Source of the DNA: Oculina patagonica
Lineage: Eukaryota
NCBI RefSeq assembly: GCF_052425735.1
Contig: NC_135765.1
Coordinates: 31,930,001-31,994,000 of the forward strand
DNA length: 64,000 bases
Direction: 5' to 3'
The position numbers and the translations under genes are program-made. Below the pieces are notes generated by a model that worked only from the letters and a program-made list of their open reading frames with translations, was not told where the DNA came from and did no database searches. Below, in pieces: positions 1-13,435 of the stretch (the stretch's first letter is position 1; each line of letters starts with the position of its first letter).

Positions 1-84
1 CAGTGGTTAGAGCGTCCAACTGGTAATCTGGAAGGTCATGGGTTCAACTCCCATTGGGGGAACTCGGAAAATCTTTTTTCCGAG
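1..84 (+). repeat. tRNA-derived SINE head (truncated by window edge)
   Basis: A-box-like TGGTTAGAGC and B-box-like GGTTCAACTCC, followed by a non-tRNA hairpin tail (CTCGGAAAA...TTTTCCGAG). No complete cloverleaf or acceptor stem. Confidence 0.55.
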
Positions 85-555
85 AATTCTTGTCATGGTT
101 TTGGACCCAATACCATAAGGAAGGTCTACCATGTGATTTTTGTTGCATTGAAGTTGCATCAAGTTTCTAATGGGTTAGAAACTCCTGCCATATCGCAGTG
201 ATAAAATTGCCATGAAATCGCCGCTAGTTTACACTGTCTAATATTGATACCAATGTTTCATTTTTTCTGAAAATAACAGATTGGGCTCAATAGTGACTTA
301 CACAGTCTAAAACTTACAGTACCATAACTAAGCTTTCTTTGTTGGGGCAGGGGAGGGAGGGGGGAATTGAATAGGAGTATGCAAAACTGTCGATCCATGC
401 TATTTTTTTGTCCAAATCTTGAACAAAAATTTTGTCCAAGATTAGAGCTTCCTGCCATAAAGAGTGCAGAATCTACACCAAAATTCTCAGCTAATCCGCA
501 ATCCACTGTACTTTTGTAGTCTGCCAACGCTCAATGTATCGCAATAAATCTGGGC

Positions 556-696
556 AAGATTTCCGCAGAGTACCCTACATTAATTATGCATACAATTTTG
601 TGCCTTTTCGTTCTGTTCATGACTGCCGTTCGTGTGTGAAGGATTATATGGAATATTTGTATGCATAATTAATGTAGGGTGCTCTGCGGAAATCTT
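556..696. mobile_element. Small palindromic MITE-like element
   Basis: AAGATTTCCGCAGAGTACCCTACATTAATTATGCATACAA is mirrored by TTGTATGCATAATTAATGTAGGGTGCTCTGCGGAAATCTT. Confidence 0.6.
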
Positions 697-1158
697 TCCT
701 AAATCTGAAATACGGGCGTGTTTAAGGCCAAATCCATTGATCTGCGAACCTATTCACCCCCTCTTTGTACTGTACATCACAAGCTGTTCTTAAATTATAC
801 GATTTCTTTTTGAAAAAAAAAAAACATTTTGGAGAGTAAAAATTAATAGTAGGAAGAGATAAAGGTATTTTTTAAATTTATTGAGCTTTATTTCCAGTAA
901 GCTGTGGAAAACAAAATGTCTTTCGATAATATAAACTGTTTGCTAGTTTAGCTTAATACCCCAAGTTCAATACTGAAATCGATACGATAATGTATTACAT
1001 GTCAAAACAAGTAAGTGGCATTTTCCAGCGATGTTTCCATTTTGCCTTTTTGTATACTGTTAGTTTCCTTAGAGATCAGGCGAGATTTGCTACGGGTAAT
1101 AAAACTAAACATTAGTCTTACATAATCACTGATACAAACATTAAAAACCACAACTTAC

Positions 1159-1388
1159 TGATTAGAATTACTTGCAGAACCAGCTGCAATTGATCCTGCT
1201 ATCGAGTTTGAATTCGAACTTGCGGCTCCAGATTCGGGACCTTCGCAAGAATCCAAGTGCATTTCGATTGCCATTTCCAAGTTTCCATTACAAGCTTCAA
1301 GCAATGACTTCGCAATATCTTTAGAGGCTCCTGTAACGTTAACAAACTGAGACACAAGACTCGCGGATATTTTCGTTCTAGCCGCCAT
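1159..1388 (-). CDS. UBXN7: UBX domain-containing protein 7-like, first coding exon (UBA-like domain); gene continues beyond the left edge
   Basis: [46 protein letters not shown] matches the N-terminal UBA-like motif of UBXN7 (F..VTGAS......LEACN.NLEMA..M.L). ATG lies in AAGATGGCGGC context, and a GTAAGT donor starts at 1158. Confidence 0.8.
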
Positions 1389-2032
1389 CTTGAACTAACC
1401 ACTGACTAGTGACTAGACGAGCGCGGGAAACTCACTCAACGGGGGTGGGTTGAAGTTGAAAATTGTCGTCACAAGTTTTGGTTAAAAATTTCCTCAACAA
1501 AAACAAAGCTGAACTTCAAACGGTTATGCCTGCTTTTCTAAAGTAATTCTTAAGAGTACTAATTTGTTCTAAACAATTTTTCTAATTTTTACGTCATAGA
1601 ATAATTGAAATTAAGCTAATTTTACCCCTACCCCGACAGAGATTTGCGTTTTCAAACAAAAAAAGCGAGGAGGTCTGAGGAGAGAGTTTCGCGTCTTTTC
1701 ACGATAAGCTGTTTTCATTTGGAGTCCGTGCATTCTTTATGCAAGAAAACATCTCCGTGAGAGACCTCATTTAACCTTAATTTTTTTGGCGTTTGAACTG
1801 CAATTTGAAGGGCAATGTAATCGTATTCAGTTTCGTTCGCTGCAGCACTAAAGTTATTGTGGTGATGTATTTTTCCACGGTCAGATCGCGGGGAATTTGA
1901 AAGTATGTCAACTTTTGTTCGCTTGTTTGACAAAATATCGCTCGTTGATGTGGTTAAACAAGGTTATGATTTATGCCTCACTCCTCGAATGAAGCCCTGT
2001 CTGAGCAAGATTCTTTGATATTTCCGTGAAAC
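1389..2032. promoter_or_regulatory. Bidirectional promoter / 5'UTR region shared by UBXN7-like (-) and DZIP1 (+)
   Basis: The two start codons are head-to-head, ~645 bp apart. A YY1-like CGCCATCTT overlaps the UBXN7 ATG. Confidence 0.55.
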
Positions 2033-5000
2033 ATGAGCGAGGGTAAGTAAAGTAAAATTTGAACAACTTTATCAGGCTTTAAAAAGCTTGCATAAGCATA
2101 AAAATTTACTACATATCAAGAAATTTATCAACGACTTTATGTTAAAGAAGCTTACTAGAGTTGTTTAAGCTAATGTAGACTTTAAAAGGTCGCTATTGAA
2201 TAAAGCTAAATGACTTACGATTAAACATAAGGCGTTTATGTGTTTATGCTTATAAATATTGTTTTTGAGAGCTCAAATATTTGAAATTCTGAACATGATT
2301 TCATGCGAGCGTACAAGTGGCACTCTGTGAACTGTGTAGAAATCGATTTCCGTAAGTCAATTCGTCAGGTCAGTTAGTTAATTGATGTTGATTTGTTATG
2401 GCTAATCAATAATCAATTGATAGCTACAAACAAAGAAAAGTTGTTTCATGTATAAACTTGTGTAGTTCATTAGAAGTTGCTGGTACAGTGGTGTCAATAT
2501 ATTATTACCCTAAAGGGAACTGAATATGGGCAAAATGTAAGGGTTTGGTTAGGGTTAGTTTTAGGGAAGCATTTATGCCTGGATGACAACAGAGGATAAA
2601 AACTGGTCCAAGTTATGAAATCTTTTGAACTGCAGCAAATTTTTGTTTATCGCGCCAATTTTTATCTGCGCACTGATTTTCTTTTCAAATTTGACCAAAG
2701 CAGGCCGACAAATCGGAGTGAGTTGACTGTCCTTTTGGCATTTATTGTATAATAAGGCAGCTAGCAGTATTAGTATAAATGTACATGTATGGTGGTTTTA
2801 ATTAATAATTGTAATTTTTATTTCAACTTCTCCTTAGGTTAGTACCTGAACAGTTTTGTCAACTGTCCATTTTCTTGTTACAGTGTAGTAGTGTACCTTT
2901 TTCCTCTGTCAGTATTAAAACAATGCCTGACTTCCTCTATGGCGCACGCGTGCAGGGAATCATGGTACAGTAGTTGTACTTATCAAACTATGTGCGAGAC
3001 TTAGCAACGATACCATGATTCCCTGCAGGCATGCGCCATAGAGGGAATCGGGCACTGTTGGTGAAAAAATTTCTTATGAAAATCAGTTTGGTTTGCATGA
3101 AAATGAACATATGTCAAATGAAACTTACTTCCAAGTGAAGATTTTTACACCATTTTGAAGCAAAGGCAGATGATAATTGGGACAAATGATGGAATACCGA
3201 TTTCTCGGAACCCTTGATTTCTGGTACTTTCCTTTAATCAAAACAAAAGATTTTACCCTTAAATTTGCTTCAATCAGTCAAACAATGCAATTCCCACCCT
3301 TCGCCGCTGATATCTCAAACTTCCGATTTCTTGAATTATCTTTAATTTCCTTTGAAGGCTCTGAGGCTCAAGAAATTTGAGCTTCCATTGTTGCCTATTA
3401 TGTTGTGTCAGACAATATAATGAATACAGTAAAAACCTGCGTATAAGAACACCTATTTTGGCGGTTCAGGCTGATTTGGTTCTTATATAAAGGGTTATAA
3501 TCTGCAAAATCAGCCTGTAAGTGTTCTTAAGTGTTCTTAAAAAAAGTTTCTTAAAATAAGGAACATACTAGGCTACCAATAGATGAAATCAATATATATG
3601 CACACAATAATTATTGTATTTTAATTTTAATAAAATTGATTAATCAAGGCAATACTGTACTGTAATTGGGGTGGAACTATTATGTGTGCAATGAAAAGTA
3701 GTGTTGATCTTTGATATTTTTCCATATAAGAACAACTTTCATTTTTCAGGCTGAATGTGTTCTTATATAAATGGTACTTTATTTCCTAAAATCAGGCCTG
3801 GGTGTTCTTAATCCACTTGTTCTTATACGCGGGTTTTTACTGTACCAGTAATATTACAAAGGTTTTGTTCAAGACAGTAATTAGCTCTAGATATTTAGTG
3901 TATATAACACAAAAGATGTCTTAAAACAACTCCACCTTGAGCTTGAAAAATTAATTTAAATGGTTCATGTTAGCAATACAACAGTAATTATATATTCTGT
4001 ATTTTATGCATGATTATAATGTGTGCATTAAATATAACTGGTGCCAACATAATGTCTTGGCTATGCATAATTAAGATGTGAAAATATTGGTAAATACTGC
4101 TCAGTTTTGAATGAATATTATCCTAAAGTTCAATAATAAATTATGGTGTTGCATGTTTTATTATAGGTATGAATTTTTCGTTTGGAAGAAGACAAGAAAA
4201 GATTGACTGGCGGAGGCTTGGTAAGAAACCACGGTGACAAAAAGATACCTAGTCCTTTAAAAAATTAGCTTTTGTAATTAGTTTTTGTCTAGATAAATAT
4301 GCTAATATAAAACTCAAAGGATCTACTAGGCGATTTTTCTGTTTAATTCATAATTTTGTACATATGGAACTTAATCATGGCAGCAAAAGGTAACTTACTA
4401 AATTAAAGTAAGGTTGCTTTAATACAGTTATGTTTATTTTGTTTTTATTATACAATATTTTACTGATTATGGATAAGCAGGATCTTCTATTCCTATCATT
4501 GTTAAGGGTTTTATGCACATGGGCATGTTTTAACATATGATTTTCCTAAAATTAACTATCACAATTCTAGTCTTTGAAGGGCTGGAATAATATAATATTA
4601 GGTCTGCATGAAAATTCACAAGGAAGATAAAATGTGTTTTCATCATTTTTGTACAAATGCAATGTCAGAATTGATACAAAATTTATTCCTAAATGTTATA
4701 TGATTATGCTAACATTTATCATCTAGAAAGGATGAACATTTAATTTGTTTGTCTCATGATACTAGATAGAGTCTTCATCAGGTGATAAGGTTGATTGTTT
4801 TGTCTAGACCTTCAGAATTTTTATCATCTCTTTCATGTCAATTTTCACGTTGTCCTTTTGAGGGGGAAATTATTTTATTTGCTTATTTATCTTTTAATGA
4901 TCATATTTTTTCTTCAATCAGCATCTGTGGATGTCGACAGGATTGTGAGAGAGATGGATGTAAAGACACTGCAAGATAACATCATGCATGTTACATTTAG

Positions 5001-8000
5001 CAACATAGAGGCTGAGCTGGTAGGTGCATTCATGACAGAATATTAAATTGCCACCTACAATAGGTATATTATGCAAATGCTGTTCCAGAGAGTGATATAA
5101 CACTGTTAAGAAATATTACACCATCTCTCATGCAATCTCGAGTGTTTGTTTGTTGATTGCGGCAAGGAAACATCTTGACAGAATCCCACCAGCTGGTCAC
5201 AACACATTGCAACATTTTTTTTGAGCAACAACAATAACTTAGTTTTTTGATGTTTTTATTTCTGTGCTCATTGTACAATATTAATGAAGTGAACAGTTCT
5301 CTTAATATGTGACACATAATGATCTGTTTCGGCAGGGAATGCAGGGTGCTGGTTTTGATCCAAACTATATCAAGTTATTTCGACTGGCACAGCTCATAAT
5401 CGAGTACCTTTTGGTAAGACATAGCTTTGTAATACAACCGAGTAGTCCCGCTTCTAAACTTTGACCATATTACTTTTTTTTGGGGGGGGGCTCCCATATG
5501 CAACGGGATGGCTTAGGGTAAGTGGCTAAGAACACAGTGAAGTGCCCACTTAGGAGAGGTATCCACCAGTTACTTGTATAGGACATTCTGTTAGCAGAGG
5601 TTGAGTTGCAGTTAATAATTCTTTCCCAATAAACCACAAGAGTGCAACATCCAGTCCCAGAATCAAAATGCAGCACTTGGATTCAGGTTTAGCAATTAAC
5701 GGTCTCAGTTGTCGTGTCTGTTGTCACTGTCGATTGGTCATGTTGTCAGGAAAAATGACAGATGTTGCTAGGCGGGAATTACAATGTTCTGACTTGGAAA
5801 AAAACAGACAGAACATTGTCATTGCCACCTAGCTACGTCTGTCATTTTGCCTGGCAACACAATCAATCAACCTGAATCCGCTATAATACATGCCCTTTCT
5901 AGCACAAGGGTTACATTTAAAGTTTTTTTGAAAAATTTAAAACTTTTATGTGGAGATTTAATCTAGGACAAGGCTGTGCTCTAAGGAAATTTTCTGGGAG
6001 CCCTTCAGGCTCCCAACCCTGCCAGGTAGGGTGCCCAGCCCTTTGGGTTGGTCGCCCAAACTAATTAATTATTCAATTTATTAATTATTCAATTAATTAA
6101 TTTATTAATATTATCATGGTTTAATAAGTTAATAATTAATTTACAATAAATTTAAATCATACAACCAATTAAGATTTGTTGTTGATTTTATTTCACAGCA
6201 CACTCACTATTCACACTCACTATTCTATTGTTTTTGTCAATACAGACCTAATACAGAGAGTTTGTAAGAGGTTTTATTTCGAATGATGACATTATGGTCT
6301 AACCCTAAACAAGTTGCAGGTCTCATTTTTTTTTTTTCATTAAAATTGACTAAATTGCAAATTTCATGGCATACAAATATGTAGTTCAACAATCAGAAGT
6401 TCTTTGTTACTTAAGCAAGCAAATACATTATCTTATAAGTATCAAAAACGAAACTGTCATTCCACAGCCTTAAACTCTAAATGTATCAGACGTAAATAAA
6501 AATTTAGTGTTCACTGCCACTGAAATTAATTAGTAAATCTGATAAGTAAATCTTAATGACGAACTTGCAAATTTCAGGGCATACAACAGCATGGTTGACG
6601 ATTTACACGACTGTAGTTTTACTGTAGCGGCTTTGTGAATCGTGAGTCAAAAAAGTGTGAATTCCAGTATGCCTGTCATATGAAACCCATCGAAATTTTC
6701 GCGCCAAAACGTTAGAATTTCTACCTTTTCGTAAAAAATTAATTCTTACTTTATCTAGTTTCATAAAAGAACGCCAGAGAAGTTAGGGCTAAAATCATTA
6801 ATTGCAAGCTTTTCTTGTTTCATCGATCGGTTTATTTGTCGAGAGTTTAAAAAAAATAAGAAAGTCGCAAGAATTTAAGAAAGAACATTTATTATAAATA
6901 GGTTGAGTTTCTATTCTTGTGACGGCTGAAAGAACCGCCATTTGAATGATAATCTGAGCCATGCAATTGATAAAGAAACGGACTGATTTAAACATGCAGA
7001 AATTTATGGAACTGCCAACAATCTTACATTTAAAATCTTTTTTACAGTTCACAAGGGTTTAATTTCACACACGGCGAAGTGATTGTTACTATTTTTAGCG
7101 GCCACCGCATTTTGACAAACTTGTGATATCCAACGAAAATTCCTTTATTAGCGTAAATATCTCCAAAGTTCTATTAAATATCGTTAGAAATTTCATTTGA
7201 AATTACCACAGTAAATCAAGTTGTAAAACAAATAAATTCCATTAAGCTGAATGACAACAACATTTTATCGAGATTTGCTTTAATTAGAGTGCAACAAGTC
7301 GTCGCTAAGGCTACGTTTACACGGACACGGTTATCAATCGACACGGTTTCATGACCTCGAAACCGCATCGAAAACGACACGGTTTCGAAGTGTTTACACG
7401 GAGCCTATTTAACGATTTTCCGACTGTTTTCGAATGTGATTGTATAAGCAAGCGCTGCTCTCTATGCTTGTTTCACCATGTTTACTCTTCGCAAGCCAGC
7501 CAGTACGTGCCAAAATACATGGCCGTTTTCAAATCGATGCGGTTTCGCCGTTTTTGACCGTTTACACGACAACGAAACCGTATCGTTTTGAAAACGCTCC
7601 ACTTTTGACAGCGTTTTCAAAACGACCCGGTTACAGTAGTGGTCTCGATCGGTGCCGTGTAAACGAAAGGCGTAACCGCATCGCTTTCGATGCGGTTACA
7701 AATGAAACCGTGTCCGTGTAAACGTAGCCAAAATTAATCTATTCCTTTGTAAACATCTCCAGACGCAGAAATTTGCATGTGCGAAGAATTTCATTTCATG
7801 CTAACACTAACTCACTGCCCTTACGAAAACTATTGATATACCAAAATAAATGGGAACTAAACCATCTCGAAGAAAAAAATCAAGATTTTTAACCCATATT
7901 ATTATATTTTTTAAAATGTTCGTGCGGTCCGTCACGTGCAAAGTCAAGCTTGTGTTAAATCATGTGGAACGAACTTGACAGCGCCGGCAAGCGTAAACAT

Positions 8001-11000
8001 TTGACTCCGTAATGTGTGGAAGGCTATTTTCCCGCGAAAAACATAATCAATCTGCAAAAACATAATTTTACAGTCAATTTCCTGCTATACTACAGTGTGG
8101 AACAGCGAACAAGAGGGCCAGCCGTGCCCGGCCGGGCCACCAGTTTTATTTTCTGGTCGCCCGAGAGCAAATGTTAGTCGCCTGAGGCGACCGGGCACCG
8201 CTAGAGCACAGCCTTGTAGGAGTTTAGAAACATTGTACACAATCATCTTGAAGTTTGCCTTCTCACAAAACACCTATTAATTTAAAGTAGACCAATAGTG
8301 GTAAGTATGAAGTAATTTCCAGTTCATTTTCCTTGTCAGCATTCTCAGCAGTTCCTGTCGGCAAGTCTTGAAGTAGAAAACAAAACACTGCAGGAATCTT
8401 TGGAGGTAAATAAAAGTTTTAGTTCACTAGTCAGGTTTAAATTGTTAATTTTGTTCTTGTTGCAAGAATTAGGTTGGATCATGATTTATCACTGCTGTAT
8501 TACAGGCAAATGAAAAGGCCAAGAAAGAACTAGAGGTGAAAAGGGAAGCTTACAAAAAACTAAAGAAAGAATGCCAGAAACAAAAGCAGTGGATTGCTGA
8601 GTATCAGCTTCTAATCAGGGCTGGAGCTAGTGGATCACATAAGGTACGTTTTGTGCGTGCACCTTGACATGGTTTTCCAAGACCTTTGATGTAAAGGAAA
8701 TAAAATTGCAGCACTTTTGTAGGATGGTTACATTTTCCTTCTATTTAAGCTTAGTGGCCCATCAGGTCAAATTTATCCTGGTTTCCGTAGAATTACTAAA
8801 GAAACAAGGGGTATTTTTTTACCCCATTCTGGATGGGATGCTAGTCCATCACAGGGTTACTCTCAGCGTTGAAATTTGCTGAATGCACATTTATACACCT
8901 GGGTAAAGAGAGGCTGAGGCATGACGAGAATAAAGTATCTTGCCCTAGTACTGTCCATGGTTGTTACCCAACCTGCTCAATCCAGAGTCTAGTGTAATTG
9001 GACCATATTGGTGAATTGTTACCTACAGTACGTAATCTGACAAAGTCAGGGTAACTGATTCCAGAGTGAAGTGCCAAAACTCATGAGCCATTGGGCATTC
9101 TAATAATTGCAACATAATTTAGTTAATCTTTTATTAATAATTGAAATTAATTTTTAGTGTCCATATTGCCCCAAGTCATTTGTGAGCCATGAGTACGTCA
9201 TAGCCCACCTGTCAAGGCGACATGGTGAACACTCAACCCAGATGAATGGAATGGTGATCTCGGCGGCACCTGTAAAATCCGTGGGTGCTGTTACCATGGA
9301 AACAAAACCAGGCATGACAGAGAAAGAGAAGAGTGATCTTGAGGAGGAGTTGGAAATGATTAAACGGAGACTGCAAAAAACTGAACGCGAACTTGAAGAG
9401 GAGAAAAAACTAACTCGATCACAGGTTTGAAACAACACCTTACAGCAGTCTTTGGTATGCACATTATGATTTTATCATCTGTTAGCACTGAACAGTGTTT
9501 TTAATCAGCTTTTATTGTTTGTTTACAGAGAGGTCAGTTGACGGCAGAAGATCAAAAGATTGATGAACTTAAAGCAATGTTTGATCAGTGGCAAAAGGAA
9601 GAAAAAGCTGAACAACAGGTAGGTTTCTTCCTCAACCAGTTGGCAAATGTTTTTGCTTACTCTTTGCACGCATTGCAGGCCTTGTGTTAAGAGGCTGTCT
9701 CTCTGAAAACCACCCACTCAAATTCATGTTATAAAATAATTTGGCTTGAAACTCTGGCAACTGAAAGACTTAATTGAGGCTTGAACTAAAACAGATTTGG
9801 TTTTTTTCAAAATGATATTCTGGCCACGTTAGGAGCCATTAAATATTTTGCCCCTTTGGGCCTGCCGTAACATCTTGAAAATTAGAAAAAGAGGCATTTT
9901 ACAAGCCACTGTAAAATATTTCATTTGCATCGAACACTGACAATTTTTATATCAATTTGTTCATTAACATTATTTTCTAGTTTTCTATTTTATAGCAATA
10001 GTGTTATTCTGTTTTTAATAGATCAGCAACTAGGTTATGCTAAAACAGTTAGACGGCTCGCTCTCAGTTTCTGTCATTTTTGATAGTTGGCTCAGGGCCT
10101 TGCCAACTATCAGCCATTATAGTTCACCACTAAATTTTCTCCGATTCTGATTGGTTTAAATTGAACACGTGACGCGATAGTGCCCTTCCGCCGGAGGGCA
10201 CTATCAGCCCATAGTGCCCTCCCGAGAAAAATGCCCGGATCGATAGTGCCCGCCCGTGACTTTTTTTGTAAACAAGCGTGCCTGCAGACAAAAAAACCCA
10301 ACCAAATTCACTGCATTTCGTGGGTTTCTTGTCTGGTTTTGTTTCGTTTGTTAAATTTCGGCTTTCAATTGAGTTTTTTATCCTGAAAAGTAAAAATAAT
10401 TCACCATGCTCGTTTTTGTATGTGCTCACGGAAGAAAATTTAGTGGTGAACAATAAAGACAATAGAGTGTTTCTGTCTCGGAACTATCGGTCTGATAGTT
10501 GCCCCTTGGAAATTTGATGTTCTTAAAACTAGCATATAAGCCCTCGAAGCTTCGCTTCTCGGGCTAATATTTGTTTTAAGAACATCAAATTTCCGCGGGG
10601 CAACTATCAGCTGATAGTTCCTCGACAGAAACACTCTATTGTTAAAATAGAAACCTTGAACTTGCCATCTAATTGTTAAATTTTACTCTCAAAATCTAGA
10701 TCAGAGAGTTCAGTTTCACAGGGTAATGAGTGACCCAAGACAGTGCAAATAATTATACTAACATGGGTGCAGACACATCTGTGGTCAGTTATTTTAGGGC
10801 TGTCAGATTTCGAAGGTGATGAGAAGCAGTCTGAGTAAGGTGATGGCTCAAAATTATTTTTTTTATTGCAGCAAGAAATGGCTGAGTTCAAGAGAACTTA
10901 CATGCAAGATATGAACAAAGTTAAAGCAGAGAGAGATAAGTTTTCTGCTGTAAGTTAATTTAAATTTTAGTTGGGCTTTTTCTCTATAAATAATTATAGC

Positions 11001-13402
11001 AAAATAATGTCCTGAAAGGTGTGAATCTATAAAGACATGAACAAAATGGCCCTTAAAGTTTTATGTAATCTGATTGGCTAACAGCTGTGTTTGAACTTTC
11101 ATACTGCACTCTTATCAAATCAATCAAATCAACTGTGTGATGTATAGCTTAAAAGCTTTATTTTATCTGCACATGTAACACTTCTGAATTTATTTTTAAT
11201 TTATTGTACAGGATGTGATTGCATTGAAAGAGCAGCTGAGTAAGTAGAACAATAAAACTCAATCATTTTACTAGTTTTGATATACCGTAAAATTCCAGTT
11301 ACAAACCCCCCCCCCCCACCCCCTTATAAGCCTCCCCGGTTATAGCCCATCTACTTGGAAACAAAAAAATACATCCGGTTATAAGCCCTCCCGGATATAA
11401 GCCCCCCTCTGTCAGATGACAGTACTGAACATGGCTAAATGTTGCTTTATTATGCGTTTTTAACTTAAAAACGTATTTCGATCAACACTCCCGTGGCCCG
11501 TTTCGAAACGTTTTTTTATTCCGCTTATAATCCCTGGCCCGGATATGTCATCATCAGTTTTATTATGGAAGCTAACATGAGGCCTCTATCACTGATCAGT
11601 GCTTTGTACTCAGATTCTTAATTTTTCATGTTTCTGGCAACAGTGCCAGCCTCAAACTCAGCTGTGTTCTTTAACCTTTATCTTGACAGTTCCTTTGCAT
11701 GATTTTGCGATTTGTCCACTTCATTTCCATTGGGGCCATCTGAATACCACATTTTGAAGAGCTGTTCTAAGGGGCATTTAGACCCCCTCCCTTCAAAGCT
11801 GTTTTATTGTCTTCAATGTAATCATTTGTGCTTAAAGCTATCTTTGAAAAGTTTATGCCTGAATCAGGGATGTCGCTAAGGGCCAGCTGCCGGCTAATTT
11901 TACCGGCTGAAAGAGAAACTTAAATCCCGTCGAAATTACACATGAAAACAAAGACTTAGCATTTTTAGAGCTGCCAAGACCAGAAAAGCCAGCTGGGCTT
12001 GTTGATGAGCCGGCTTAGTGTTTTCTTAGCTACATCCCAGCTGAACAGAATAGTCATTTTTAATGTAACAATAATTTGATATTTTTTGTCATTTCAGAAA
12101 AAAGGACATCAATGATAGGGTCAATAAGAGTAAGTTTTGTTTTCCAATAACCATTAATCTGACTCAAGATGAAAGCAATCATTGTGGTTCCTTGACTGGT
12201 TTCTGTAGCATTAAAGAGCTAGGCATGTTGCTGGTCATTGCAGGTTACTCCCTCTTTGCTAGGTTTCCTTCCCCAAAATTTGACTTGTACTCATACTTAT
12301 AGGGGGAGGGTGGTTCTGTGGGGAGGGGAGGAAGGGGGAAGGCACTGGGCGGGTGAAGGGTTGTGCCCAAGGACCCTGATGACGAGGGCTCTCAACCTCT
12401 GTACATCTAACCTGACACTGTGTGGCTCGTCCCTTCTATAGAGGAGTTGAAACACTGCTGGTCACTTCACTAGCACCACTCACGTGTTCACTTAACTCTT
12501 ACTTATCCACTTGTTGTAGTGGCAGGTTACATGTATGATGTTTTATTTATCAGGATGAAGATGAAACTGATGCTCCATCTAGAGCCAACCGAGATGACAT
12601 CTCACAACAACAGCTTGTGTTACAGTTTGAAGAAAAGGTCAGTCTAAGATTTTTGTTTAATAATTGAAACCTCTGAGACGTGACTCTCCTATATCCTGGG
12701 TTAGAACCATGCAACTCAAATTTCGTTTGATGCACTAATTTGTTATTAGTTTTCTCTTTTCTCTAAGGGTTTTCTCTGGGTTATCTTGTTCCCTTTGCCA
12801 CCACCGCTGCCACCACCGCGCCCCCGCCTCCGTCGCCACCACCACCACCACCTTCTCCTCCTTTAATTTGGAGGAAACTGCAAAAACATCACAGAAACAG
12901 TTTTAAAGATGTAGGATTTGCGTCTGAGTGATGTTGCTTTTTTTTAAAGTGAATTGTTTAATAAAGTGTAGGCTTAGGCAACAACAAAATAATATTGTGT
13001 GACAAGCACAATTATATTACATTTACACTTGGAGTTCAGTCTTAGGTTTGGTAAAAGTGTTGTTCCGTTTTACCTTATTACATGAAATTTTGTTTGTTGC
13101 CTATTTGCTTCTCCTATTCAGGTTAATCAGGTAAAGACAGAAACAGAGCAGAGTTTACAGAAGCAGATGCAGAAAATGCAGCAGAAATTCAATGCTCGGG
13201 AGGAGAAATCCAAAAAAGAACACAGAGAAGAGATGGGCCAGGTATGGGCTGTTTCTGTTTGGGGGTCACAACTCAACATCACCAACATCATCATTATCAT
13301 CATCATCATCATTTGCATGTATTTTCTTTTCATTTTGTATTACATTGTTTGAATGAATGAATTAAAAAAAAAAATCATCATCATCCTTGTCGTCGTCGTC
13401 AG

Positions 13403-13435
<33 letters not shown>

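Noticed and set aside
1-84. Possible tRNA gene
   Set aside because: Truncated, with no proper acceptor stem, and it continues into a repeat-like tail. A SINE head is more likely.
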